DNA from: Chromera velia
Taxonomy: Eukaryota
Length of the DNA stretch: 60,477 bases
Assembly: GCA_018398765.1 (NCBI GenBank)
Contig: JAHBMJ010000016.1
Location: 1 to 60,477, forward strand
Reading direction: 5' to 3'
Positions within the stretch are counted from its first letter, which is position 1; each line of letters starts with the position of its first letter. The translations under genes were made by a program, and so were the position numbers. This document shows, piece after piece, positions 13,859-24,231 of this stretch. A model generated the notes under the pieces. The model was given only the letters and a program-made list of their open reading frames with translations, did no database searches and was not told the origin of the DNA.

Positions 13859-15147
13859 GATGCGTCTTGTGTCTCTGCGTACCTCTGCAGGCCGAAGAGT
13901 CTGCTGTGGAGGAAGTGGTGTCTGACCTGATCGCTGCGAACGTCTCCTGTGCTTATTCCGTGACAGAGGAGGACGTGTTCAGAGGGAAACTAGGGCTACA
14001 GATGCAGGTGTTCGGGGCTCTCGATGGAACCACCGCACTCGCAGAGGACATCGGAAGGCAACTGCTGTGAGTCAGGCAGGAAGGAAGGAAGGGAGTGCAT
14101 CATGGGCAGTCTGAATGAGCAGAGAGACTGATTCATATGTGTATCCTTCCTTCTGTTCTTGAGTCTTTGGTGCGTTCGGAACTTTCTTTCTTTTGTGGTT
14201 CATCTTTCCTGTGCTCTCGTTTACAGCCCTCCCCGCACATTTGCGCCTGTTTTGCCTGGTCGTTGGTCGTCGAGATTTCTTTCTTTTTGTCTCTTCGTCC
14301 TTCTTTCGTGCGAATGAATTTGATTGTGTGTATGCCTCCTTCACTCTCCTTTTATCCCCCTTTGGGTTGCGCGACCAGACCAGTCATCGTCTCTCTGTAT
14401 CTTTGTCGGCCTGAGAGATGGATCACCCTTTTGTGCATCTATCTATCTGTCTAGTTTCTGGACGATCCAATCGTGCGTGGGTTTGCTGCAAGAACAACAC
14501 AATTGCTTCATTGACCTCCCACCCAACCACCATGCAGCGTGTACGGGCGACGGATGCACCCCGTGGAGTTCCTCCGACGTCTGGAGGCGATAGATGCTGA
14601 TGAGGTCAAACGAGTCGCGTGGAAGTGTCTGCATGACAGGGTGGGTAGGGGACGTGGGGAGGGTGCACGTTTCTTTATTCTCTCCTTCATGAGTCCGGCA
14701 GGCAGTGTCTAGGAGTTTCGTAGCAACCAACCTCGCTGTGTTTGCCCCCCCCTTCCCCTGCGTGATTCTGTCTGCTTCCTCCTGGTCGATTCAGTAGGCT
14801 CTGTCTGGGCTGTGGAGGAAAGTGTCATTTCGACGGTAGCACTGTGAACATCTGTCGTTCCTTTGTGTTCGTTTCTCGACTTGATGTTGTATCATACTGC
14901 TAAGATGTGTGTCAATGGTTCCTTGCTTGGGTTACCGTTAGAGTTTTTGGTGTTGGCGCCGGAACTGAATGCACTTATATTGTCTTCTCTCCTTTTCTCA
15001 ACAGAAATTATTGTGTTTCTGAGTGTAAATAGAAAAAGGTTTCTGAGTGTACTGCTGCAGGATGTGGGTGTGATTGGCATCGGGGCGGTCTCGCAGCTTC
15101 CCGAGTATGAAAAGATTCGACGAAAAACTTGCTGGATGAGAGAGTGA
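7324..15147 (+). CDS. Mitochondrial processing peptidase beta subunit (peptidase M16), 15 exons, ~495 aa
   Basis: GT-AG exons: 7324-7498, 7619-7770, 8019-8110, 9406-9538, 10046-10093, 10488-10523, 10859-10939, 11348-11490, 11799-11866, 12574-12642, 12921-13014, 13505-13535, 13891-14066, 14538-14640, 15061-15147 (1488 nt, in frame). Arg/Ser-rich targeting peptide. Motifs [26 protein letters not shown] (HxxEH), [45 protein letters not shown]. Confidence 0.93.
8111..8593. repeat. (GTCA)n tetranucleotide microsatellite in MPP-beta intron 3
   Basis: Directly visible; begins exactly at the GTCAGT splice donor. Confidence 0.95.
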
Positions 15148-17608
15148 ACCGCGAACTTGCAACCTTCGAAAAACTGTGTGCCATGAGAGACCAGACTGTG
15201 TGTCAAGAGAACCGGTGACAGGCCCGTTGTCGAATGGATAATCAAAGCACTTTGCTGTCACCAGTCCAAACAGGATTGGGACACTTAGTAGCACCGGCAG
15301 TCTACTTTCTTTACCTTTTAAAGGTTTCTCTGTTATTCTCTGTGTACATGCATGTAATGTCACATATGTACTATACTGACTACACTCCTAATTCACATCT
15401 ACTACATTCAGTTAAAGGTTATACATGGCCATACAATATTTTTTGATAATTTAAAAAATATATAATTTTGGTTAGAATAGATTGTTGCTTGAAATTCTAG
15501 TTGCAGATTGAATTAATGGTCTATAATGGTCAAAAAATATAGCATTAGATAACATCACATTATTATTCCGGCGGGGTTTCTTACGATTTGCTGCCACTGC
15601 TTGCCAGGGATCGGCTTACACCGTGGGAATTTATTTAATCTGAAGGGAGCATTAAACCGATAATGATCAAGCTTCATAGAATTATACATACAATGAGGTT
15701 TAATAAAATAATCTTGATATTTGCTAGGATATTTGCTTTGACTTAATTCGATTCAAGCCGAATTTCAAGTTTGAAATTAAGAATCAAATTTGACTCGGAC
15801 AGATTTAACATTAGATTTGATTTTAACATTCATGGAGAGGGGGGGGATTTAGGGGGATTGTAATATGCCTCAAGGCACTGACCCAATTTTTTAGGTGTAT
15901 AATCCACCGTAATCCACCATATATTCCGTAAGTACCCGTCAAATATAGAGAGAGCTCAGTTTGTTCAAAATTTTAAGGGCTGGGTCCGAGGACACATCAT
16001 GACAGAGGGTACCCCAGCGGTGCCGGCATGCATGCTACAGCATACTACAGCATGTACCGTGTATATATACATATATATACATGATACAACCAACCAGTTG
16101 AGTGAGTGCCTCGGGGGGGTCGGCTAGCTAATTTGGCATACTATCAAGGGCTTAGGCTTGTTTTACATGGACGAGTGGCGGGGGCCACGGCAATACGTGT
16201 GAAATATGCTTTTTGGGACCGTATGTGCGAGTTATACAACTCCATGCGAGTTACTTAAGGGGCATGTATGCACGCTTCAACCAACTATATATATACAGCA
16301 GGCGGGCTCCATGTAGCTCCATGCAAGTTGCTTGGGGGGAACTTTTCTCAAGTCGTGGGCGACATGTACATACTGTGAAAGAGACTCAAACCCCCTCCCA
16401 AAAAATGAAAAAATGCGTTATGCGAGTGTATGCGATCTCAGGGCCTCTTGGCTGATCTCAGCAGAGCTGCATGAGCTGCCCCCTAAGGCGATAGCACCGT
16501 ATGGTGCTGCATTGGTGCACACCTGCCATGCACTACAGTCTATAGCTTGGCATGACTCGGTTTCAAAGCTGTAGGTGCCTGTTGCATATATTGCATGCAT
16601 GGATGATCGAACGCGAACTGATGATTGAGGGTTTTGTCATGCATGTCGCGTCCCCATGCATATATGGGAGGTGGATCTAGCCTAGTTTGTCAATAAGTTC
16701 CGTCCTAAAACCACCTGCGACTAAACTAAAAGCGACTTCGATCACTTTCACCTCGGGGGGCAGCTCAGCTCTGCTGAGATCAGCTGAGAGGCCCTGAGAT
16801 CGCACGCATTCGCATAACGTATTTTTTCATTTTTGGGGGGGGGGCTCGGTGTTTGTCTGTTTGTCTGTCACGGTGTCGCCCTAATTCTAAAATGTGCCAC
16901 TCAAGCAACTCACATGGAGCCGCGATCGCATTAATTACTCCGCTCCTCATGATACGTACCCCTTAAGTAACTCGCACGGAGTTGCATGTGTATGCATATG
17001 CGTAGTCCCGAAAAGCATGTATTTTATACGTATTGCTGTGGCCCCCGCCACTTGCCATTACAGGTAAGATATGCCTAAGCCCCCGCATGATGGTTTACAT
17101 CAATCTAATGATTGAAGGTTTTATCATGCATGTCGCGTCCCCATATATGAGAGGCGGATCTAACCTAGTTTGTTGATTTGTTCCGTCCTAAAACTATCAG
17201 CAATGAAAATAGCTTTGCATCAATCAAATTATGGCTGACCCCCCAAATAGCCCTCCGAGGCACTCACCCAACTGGTTAATTGGGTGTATCCCGTAACTCG
17301 AACTTAATTCGATCACGCTGGGCTTGAGGACCTAACTCGAGATTTTTAGATTTCTAAAGTTAATATTTGAGAGGGGTGAGTATCTAAAATTACATTAAAA
17401 TTTAAAAGCATCTTTAAGTAGAATTTTTAGAGTTGGGGACTAAAGGGGTGATTTAAAAAGTGATAGTCCAAGCTAAAATCGGTTTTAGCCGTCGACGTCA
17501 ATCTCAAAGTCTTCGCTTTTTCTTCTGTCATCTGATCCACACAGCACCTACACATATAAGGACACACACACAAGTGGACACAGGTTTATATTGACATCAT
17601 TTCACACA

Positions 17609-19016
17609 ATGGCCGATTTCACAAACGTGCCTACGTCAGTGTTTGAGCTGAAAGACATCTTGGATCAAGGCAGGGTCCCTTTGGTCACTCAGCTGCTACA
17701 GTGGGGGCTGCTGTCTCTTGAAAAACAATGTGACAGATGCAAGTATTCATTCCGTATCTATCTTGACTTCATGACAGAAGGCGACCCCATAGAGACCTGC
17801 ACTGGGAGATGCGCTACCCCAGGATGCAAGAACACGGAATACAACATCTCTATTGGCACTTTGATCGACACGCGCTTCTCCGATCTCTCTCCGGAAGCAA
17901 AGTGTCTGGCTGCCTACGCATGGGGAGAAAGTCTGCCTCCTCTGAAAGTGTGGACACTTTTCTCTTCTCTCAAGAAACTGACAGACAAAAGGAACAAAGA
18001 GTGCAAGTGGGGTTTCACTGTAAAGCAAATTCAGACATTCTACCGCTACGTGCGTGCATGGGTGGATGAGTTTAACCAGAACACCTTTCAGCAGATGGGG
18101 GGCCTAGCAGAGCAAGAGGGAAAAGGTATTGCCTATGTTGATCTGAAAGACGCCTTCTTTGGAAAGAATCCTGCGTGGAGACAGGCAAAGGACCCTCACG
18201 GTGCTTTTATTCGAATGGTAGCAGCCGACGAGATCTGTCTTCAGCCTTGTTTCCGTCGAAAGCAGGAGGCAGCAAAGGCGTCGGATCAGTCAGTGAAGAA
18301 GCAGACACAGATGGAAAGATGCATGGGTATGTGCATGCGTTGATGAATCGACTGACCAATTCAACTTTCGCATCCTCCCCCGCGGTCGATCTACACGCAC
18401 AAAGGGAAACATCACAGAATTCATCATCGACACCTGTGCTGTATGTACAGAGCTGTGCACAGATGCTCTGAAGGCTTACTGCCCAAAGACTCTGGCCCGT
18501 GCAGGCATCTTGACAACGAAGTGTAATCATGGCAAACGTGAGTATGTAAAGAAAGACGAGAAAGACTCGCAAGGCAACCGAAAGAGTTCTCTCAAGATGG
18601 AGAGTCTTTTCAACCGGATCCGTCTCTTCTTACATCTGTGCAATTTGCAGAGGCAGCAATGCACAGTAGATGAGAAGGGAAATCCCCCTCTCTACTACTA
18701 CTTGCAGGAATGGAAATTCAAGTGGGAAAAGAAACTTTTTGCAGCAGGAGGAGGGAAATTTAGTTTTGTGGAGCTTTTGAAAGCTCTACGAGAAGTCAGT
18801 AGGCACTATGGATGCAAGAGTCTGACGGTCCGTGAGTGGGAGTCCGGGGGGAGGAAGGTGTGTTTATTTCCAAAGGCCAACAGTTCAAAGAACTCTGGAG
18901 GAGATGCAGACGATGAAGCTGACGAAAGGGTGGAAGAAGGCCTTATGGAAGAAGCATTCAAGAAATCAGAGTGCAACTGCGCCTGTCGGGACGGGAAAGT
19001 GGGTGTGAGTGGGTGA
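17609..19016 (+). pseudogene. Merlin/IS1595-family (ISXO2-like) DDE transposase, frameshifted
   Basis: N-terminal Zn-finger (GLLSLEKQCDRC...RCATPGC...ISIGT). Core motifs VAADE, ELCTDALKAY, KCNHGKREYV, KMESLFNRIR and YYLQEWKFK match the family pattern VEIDE / SDxWxxY / VNHS / IExxW / YLxEFxWR. A 4-bp insertion near 18321 (ATGCATGGG versus ATGGG in copy 2) shifts the frame. Confidence 0.8.
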
Positions 19017-19268
19017 ATGAACGTGTGGTTGAATGTATTCATGTGCATAAATCTGTATGAGTGCATGTGTGTGTATTAACAAAGAGTGCATGCATGCGAA
19101 TTAATACATGTTGATGAGAATCATTTGAAAAAAGATACACAAGACTGTGTACATGAGAATAGGTCCATCTATGAATAAACACAGAGCCAGACAAGACTAC
19201 ATATTTTTTTATATTCAACTGACCGAGTCTGATGGAGTGGGAGACTTTCCTGTGGGTTCCCAAGCCCA

Positions 19269-19688
19269 TTAGACTGCAGTGTGGCAGTCTTTACACAAAA
19301 GGCGTACCGGCCCATGTACACCATTGGCTTCTGCAATGAATCCATCCATCCTCTCTTGCCACACAGCTATGCTGAACTTCTTGAAGTCCAGCTTGCAGAG
19401 CCTCTAAGGATGGGCCGTGTTGTTCATGGGCACTATATGGTCTATCTCCAAATTGGACCAAAGAAAAGTGTGCCGCACTCTGTATGTGCCCTTCGCCTTT
19501 CTCTGTCGAACTGTATACTCCCCCCTCTCATACCCCTTCCCACACTCTGCACAAGAAGGGGATGTGCCACCGAGGCCAAAGATAATATACTCTTTAGCCT
19601 CTAGCTTCAACTCATTCTTTATTTTTGCTTCTCTCTCTTTTTTTGAGAGAGAAGACAAATCAGAAACTTTAAAGGGGACAACGACCAT
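19269..19688 (-). pseudogene. HNH endonuclease (CxxC...DHIVP...CxxCH) with an internal TAG, copy 1
   Basis: Reading through the TAG at 19404-19406 gives ...GLGGTSPSCAECGKG...LEIDHIVPMNNTAHP*RLCKLDFKKFSIAVWQERMDGFIAEANGVHGPVRLLCKDCHTAV*. Confidence 0.8.
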
Positions 19689-20752
19689 GTTTTCCTAAAT
19701 TTAAGAAGATGAGACACCGAAATCAGCTGAATTTTTGCAGAGAGTCAGGGTTTTATATGGGTCTTAGGGGAGGCATCCAAATTGCGCTCCGAGAGCTTCC
19801 AAAATTTCGTTTTTCAAGACATGTGTTCTTTCAGTCTGATGTATGTATGTATGTACATGCATGCATGCATGCATTGTATACGGTGACCGAGCTATGGCGG
19901 CGCCCTATAGGTTTTAGTGTTGGAACACTTAGTGTGGCGGCGCCCAAACCGATTATGCACCCCGGAGCAAGCTAGCACCCCTTCCATCACCCTAAACTGA
20001 AAGTGGCTAAAATCTCGAGTTGGGTCTTCGCGCCGCGCACATACACATAAATAATAATATATATATATTACGGGATACACCCAACCAGTTGGGTGAGTGC
20101 CTCGGGGGGCTATTTAGGGGGTTAGCCATAATTTGATTGCATGATGAAAACCATCGGGGGCTTGGGCATGTCTTGCCTGCAATGCATGCATGGGCAAATG
20201 GCGGGGGCCACGGCAACGTGCGCAAAATATGCTTTTCGGGACCGCGCATGAACACATATGCAATTAACTCCGTGCGAGTTACTTGAGGGGCACGTATCAT
20301 GAAGAGCAAAGTATGTATCGATCGATGCATGCCAGAATACCCGATTAATTATAGTGGAAATGACGCACGCGCAGTGACGCACGCACGTCGAGATCCGATT
20401 TCTGCCGCATATTTAAGCGTTACATCGATCTCCCCCCCCAAAATTTGAAGGGCGCGATATGCGACTGCGTGCGTTCTCAGGGCCTCTCGGCGGAGCCCAG
20501 CAAAGCTGAGCTGCCCCCCGAGGCGAAAATTGAAACTTGGGGGAACAAAAGAACACTCCAAGGAAACGTACTTTCATATTCATCTATCTCTGTATATACA
20601 GACGTGTGAAGGACTGTGCAGCATTGTTGTAGACTGACATTCGCTTCCGACAAAAAGGCGCTCTCTCAGAGTTTGACAAGAAGAGAAAAGCGACTTCTTT
20701 CTTTCATTGCTTCATTCGCGCATCTGCTTAATTCCTCATAAGCCAAGCCAAG

Positions 20753-21099
20753 ATGAGCGACGCTGTACCTCAGTTGGAAGACCTCATGACTGCGGTCGAC
20801 CAGCTCTTCCTCCTTTTCTCGGCTTCCTTCGTGTTCATGATGTAAGTGCCAGAAAACAACGTCGTAACCCCCACAGAGCTAGTGACTCCCGTGAACGACG
20901 TCTACCGTTGTTTGAAATCCTTCGCTGTGTGCCTGCAGGCAACTTGGATTCGCCTTTGTTGAGGCAGGGCTTCTACGGGAGAAGAATGTACGTCCAAGAT
21001 GTTTGGCACTTTTCTGCTGCTGTGAACTGTCGATGCAAACAATCATAAAATGATTCCTCCTCGCTTTTCCTTTTCCTGCGTGCAGGTAACGAACATCCT
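20753..21099 (+). CDS. amt: Ammonium transporter (Amt/Mep family), first three exons only; truncated by the N join at 21154
   Basis: Exons 20753-20841, 20939-20987 and 21086-21099 with GT-AG borders splice to MSDAVPQLEDLMTAVDQLFLLFSASFVFMMQLGFAFVEAGLLREKNVTNIL. This is the Amt N-terminal signature MQxGFAxxEAGxxRxKNxxNIL. Confidence 0.85.
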
Positions 21100-21154
21100 G
21101 TGAGTAAGTGACTGACCTTCTTCGGAACCGACTACAACTGTTGTTTACCTGTTN

Positions 21155-22165
21155 AAAGAGTGCAAGTGGGGTTTCACTGTAAAGCAAATTCAGACATTCT
21201 ACCGCTACGTGCGTGCATGGGTGGATGAGTTTAACCAGAACACCTTTCAGCAGATGGGGGGCCTAGCAGAGCAAGAGGGAAAAGGTATTGCCTACGTTGA
21301 TCTGAAAGACGCCTTCTTTGGAAAGAATCCTGCGTGGAGACAGGCAAAGGACCCTCACGGTGCTTTTGTTCGAATGGTAGCAGCCGACGAGATCTGTCTT
21401 CAGCCTTGTTTCCGTCGAAAGCAGGAGGCAGCAAAGGCGTCGGGTCAGTCAGTGAAGAAGCAGACACAGATGGAAAGATGGGTATGTGCATGCGTTGATG
21501 AATCGACTGACCAATTCAACTTTCGCATCCTCCCCCGCGGTCGATCTGCACGCACAAAGGGAAACATCACAGAATTCATCATCGACACCTGTGCTGTATG
21601 TACAGAGCTGTGTACAGATGCTCTGAAGGCTTACTGCCCAAAGACTCTGGCCCGTGCAGGCATCTTGACAACGAAGTGTAATCATGGCAAACGTGAGTAT
21701 GTAAAAAAAGACGAGAAAGACTCGCAAGGCAACCCAAAGAGTTCTCTCAAGATGGAGAGTCTTTTCAACCGGATCCGTCTCTTCTTGCATCTGTACAATT
21801 TGCAGAGGCAGCAATGCACAGTGGATGAGAAGGGAAATCCCCCTCTCTACTACTACTTGCAGGAATGGAAATTCAAGTGGGAAAAGAAACTTTTTGCAGC
21901 AGAAGGAGGGAAATTTGGTTTTGGGGAGCTTTTGAAAGCTCTACGGGAAGTCAGTAGGCACCATGGATGCAAGACGGTCCGTGAGTGGGAGTCGGGGGGG
22001 AGGGAGGTGTGTTTATTTCCAAAGGCCAACAGTTCGAAGAACTCTGGAGGAGATGCAGACGATGAAGCTGACGAAAGGGTGGAAGAAGGCCTTGTGGAAG
22101 AAGCATTCAAGAAACCAGAGTGCAACTGCGGCTGTCGGGACAGGAGAGTGGGTGTGAGTGGGTGA
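21155..22165 (+). CDS. Merlin-like DDE transposase, 5'-partial, open across the catalytic core
   Basis: ORF 21209-22165 contains VAADE, RWVCACVDEST, CTDALKAY, CNHG, KMESLF and YYLQEWKFKW without a frameshift. Confidence 0.8.
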   Translation, partial: KECKWGFTVKQIQTFYRYVRAWVDEFNQNTFQQMGGLAEQEGKGIAYVDLKDAFFGKNPAWRQAKDPHGAFVRMVAADEICLQPCFRRKQEAAKASGQSVKKQTQMERWVCACVDESTDQFNFRILPRGRSARTKGNITEFIIDTCAVCTELCTDALKAYCPKTLARAGILTTKCNHGKREYVKKDEKDSQGNPKSSLKMESLFNRIRLFLHLYNLQRQQCTVDEKGNPPLYYYLQEWKFKWEKKLFAAEGGKFGFGELLKALREVSRHHGCKTVREWESGGREVCLFPKANSSKNSGGDADDEADERVEEGLVEEAFKKPECNCGCRDRRVGVSG

Positions 22166-22417
22166 GTGAACGTGTGGTTGAATGTATTCATGTGTATGAA
22201 TCTGTATGAGTGCATATATGTATATTAACAAAGAGTGTATGCATATGAATTAATGCATGTTGATGAGAATCATTTGAAAAAAGATATACAAGACTGTGTA
22301 CATGAGAATAGGTCCATCTATGAATAAACACAGAGCCAGACAAGACTGTATATTTTTATATATTCAACTGACCAAGTCTGATAGAGTGGGAGACTTTTCT
22401 GTGGGTTCTCAAGCCCA

Positions 22418-22837
22418 TTAGACTGCAGTGTGGCAGTCTTTACACAAAAGGCGCACCGGCCTATGTGCACCATTGGCCTCTGCAATGAATCCATCCATCC
22501 TCTCTTACCATACAGCCATGCTGAACTTCTTGAAGTCCAGCTTGCAGAGCTTCTAAGGATGGGCCGTATTGTTCACAGGCACTACATGGTCCATCTCCAA
22601 ATTGGACCGAAGAAAAGTGTGCCGCACTCTGTATGTGCCCTTCGCCTTTCTCCGTCGAACTGTATACTCCTCCCTTTCATACCCCTTCCCACACTCTGCA
22701 CAAGAAGGGGATGTGCCACCGAGGCTAAAGATAATATGCTCTTTAGCCTCTAGGTTCAACTCATTCTTTATTTTTTCTTCTCTCTCTTTTTTTGAGAGAG
22801 AAAACAAATCAGGAACTTCAAAGGGGCCAACGACCAT
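22418..22837 (-). pseudogene. HNH endonuclease, copy 2 (two internal stops)
   Basis: CAECG...LEMDHVVPVNNTAHP*KLCKLDFKKFSMAVW*ERMDG...VRLLCKDCHTAV*. Shares the TAG of copy 1 and has an extra TAA where copy 1 has CAA. Confidence 0.78.
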
Positions 22838-23718
22838 GTTTTCCTAAATTCAAGAAGATGAGACAACGAAATCAGCTGAATTTTTGCATAGAGTCAGGGT
22901 TTTATATGGGTCTTAGAGGAGGCGTCCAAATCGCGCTCCGAGAGCTTCCAAAATTACGTTTTTCAAGACATGTGTTCTTTCAGTCTGATGTATGTATGTA
23001 TGTACATGCATGCATGTATGCGCATACATGCATTGTACACGGTGACCAAGCTATGGCGGCACCCTATAGGTCTTAGTGTTGGAACACTTAGTATGGCGGC
23101 GCCCAAACCGATTATGCACCCCGGAGCAAGCTAGCACCCCTTCCATCACCCTAAACTGAAAGTGGCTAAAATCTTGAGTTGGGTCTTCACGCCAAAACGT
23201 GGCAAAACGTTGACAATTAAGCAACGTGTTGTGACAAGCAACGTGTTGCACCTGCATGCATGGCGTTTAATTGTGCAACACGAAGATCTCAAGTCATCTG
23301 TACGCAACATGCAACACGGTCTATACATGCATAGCGATCGACCTGAAGTGGTCCCAATGCGTACAGCTGTGAGTGCAGCAGACAAGGAAGTCCCAAGAAA
23401 GGCGTGTTGCAGTTCAGATGCGTGACTGGAGGGTAAGAATGACATCCATATGTTTTCATTGCCCAGCATCACGGCCGCATGCTGCACAAAGACGCGGTTC
23501 TTCGTGGAGCATTGCTACGTGGCGGTATTGCGCAGGCTCCCTTCCGGTCGCACTCGAGCAGGTTCCATCAGCACGACTGGTTTGCTCTGTGTCCATCAAG
23601 GAAGTTCCTCTGTAACGCCATCAAAATGAGCCATGCAGTTGTCACCAAAAGTCGAACAGCATGCCTCGAGCAGCACTGTTCGACGCAATTTTTCCGGTCT
23701 ATCTGCAGACCGTATCCG

Positions 23719-24172
23719 ATGTCTGAGGGTTCTGTAGTAAAACTGAAGGTCTATGACCTGTCAGGTGGTCGAACATGGATGATGGGATTCTTCGACGACC
23801 GCATCCAGGGAATATGGCACACTGGGGTGGAGGTGTTCGGCAGGGAGTTCTTCTACAACAGCACCATATGTGTGTGCCCAAAGGGGGATGCTTGGCCAGG
23901 AGCAGACAAACTGTCGTCCGAGAAGGTGATTGGAACCACACAGAGGACTCACGTGCAATTCGAAAAATATCTCTGGAGAGTCAGGAACAAGTACACGTGA
24001 GTCATCTGCAAACATTGTTGCCCGTTTCTCTCTTTCTCCGCCTCTCTTCCTCTGCCTCTCTGTCTCTGCCTCTTCTGCCTCTCTATTCGTCCCTCGGCCC
24101 TTCTTTCCGTCTGTTGGTTTGCCTCTGTTGGTCTCTCCTCTGTGTGTGTATCTCTCTCTCTCTCTCTCTCCT

Positions 24173-24231
<59 letters not shown>

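Larger units (their letters stand above)
17321..20034 (+). mobile_element. Merlin/IS1595(IS1016)-like DNA transposon, copy 1 (~2.7 kb)
   Basis: Imperfect ~28 bp TIRs starting GG: left GGCTTGAGGACCTAACTCGAGATTTTTAG (17321) and right CTAAAATCTCGAGTTGGGTCTTCGCGCC (ends 20034). Similarity to copy 2 stops at this right end. Contains a DDE transposase and an HNH gene. No TSD seen. Confidence 0.78.
16085..20523. repeat. Three related ~400-550 bp repeat units: 16085-16488 (forward), 16750-17296 (inverted), 20068-20523 (forward)
   Basis: Shared blocks include CAACCAGTTG(A/G)GTGAGTGCCTCGGGGGG, GGCGGGGGCCACGGCAA, AACTCC(A/G)TGCGAGTTACTT and TCTCAGGGCCTCT. They appear as reverse complements in 16750-17296. 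Confidence 0.8.
21155..23193 (+). mobile_element. Merlin/IS1595-like transposon, copy 2 (left part lost at the N join)
   Basis: Colinear with ~17996-20034 with scattered substitutions. Ends in the same TIR (CTAAAATCTTGAGTTGGGTCTTCACGCC), followed by a different flank. Confidence 0.8.

Noticed and set aside
19404..19406. Programmed read-through or recoded TAG in the HNH gene
   Set aside because: Copy 2 has an additional stop, and the host gene models here need no TAG read-through. Shared ancestral decay is the simpler explanation.
17310..20045. 8-9 bp target-site duplication for Merlin copy 1
   Set aside because: The flanks TCACGCTG and GCGCACAT do not match, so none is claimed.
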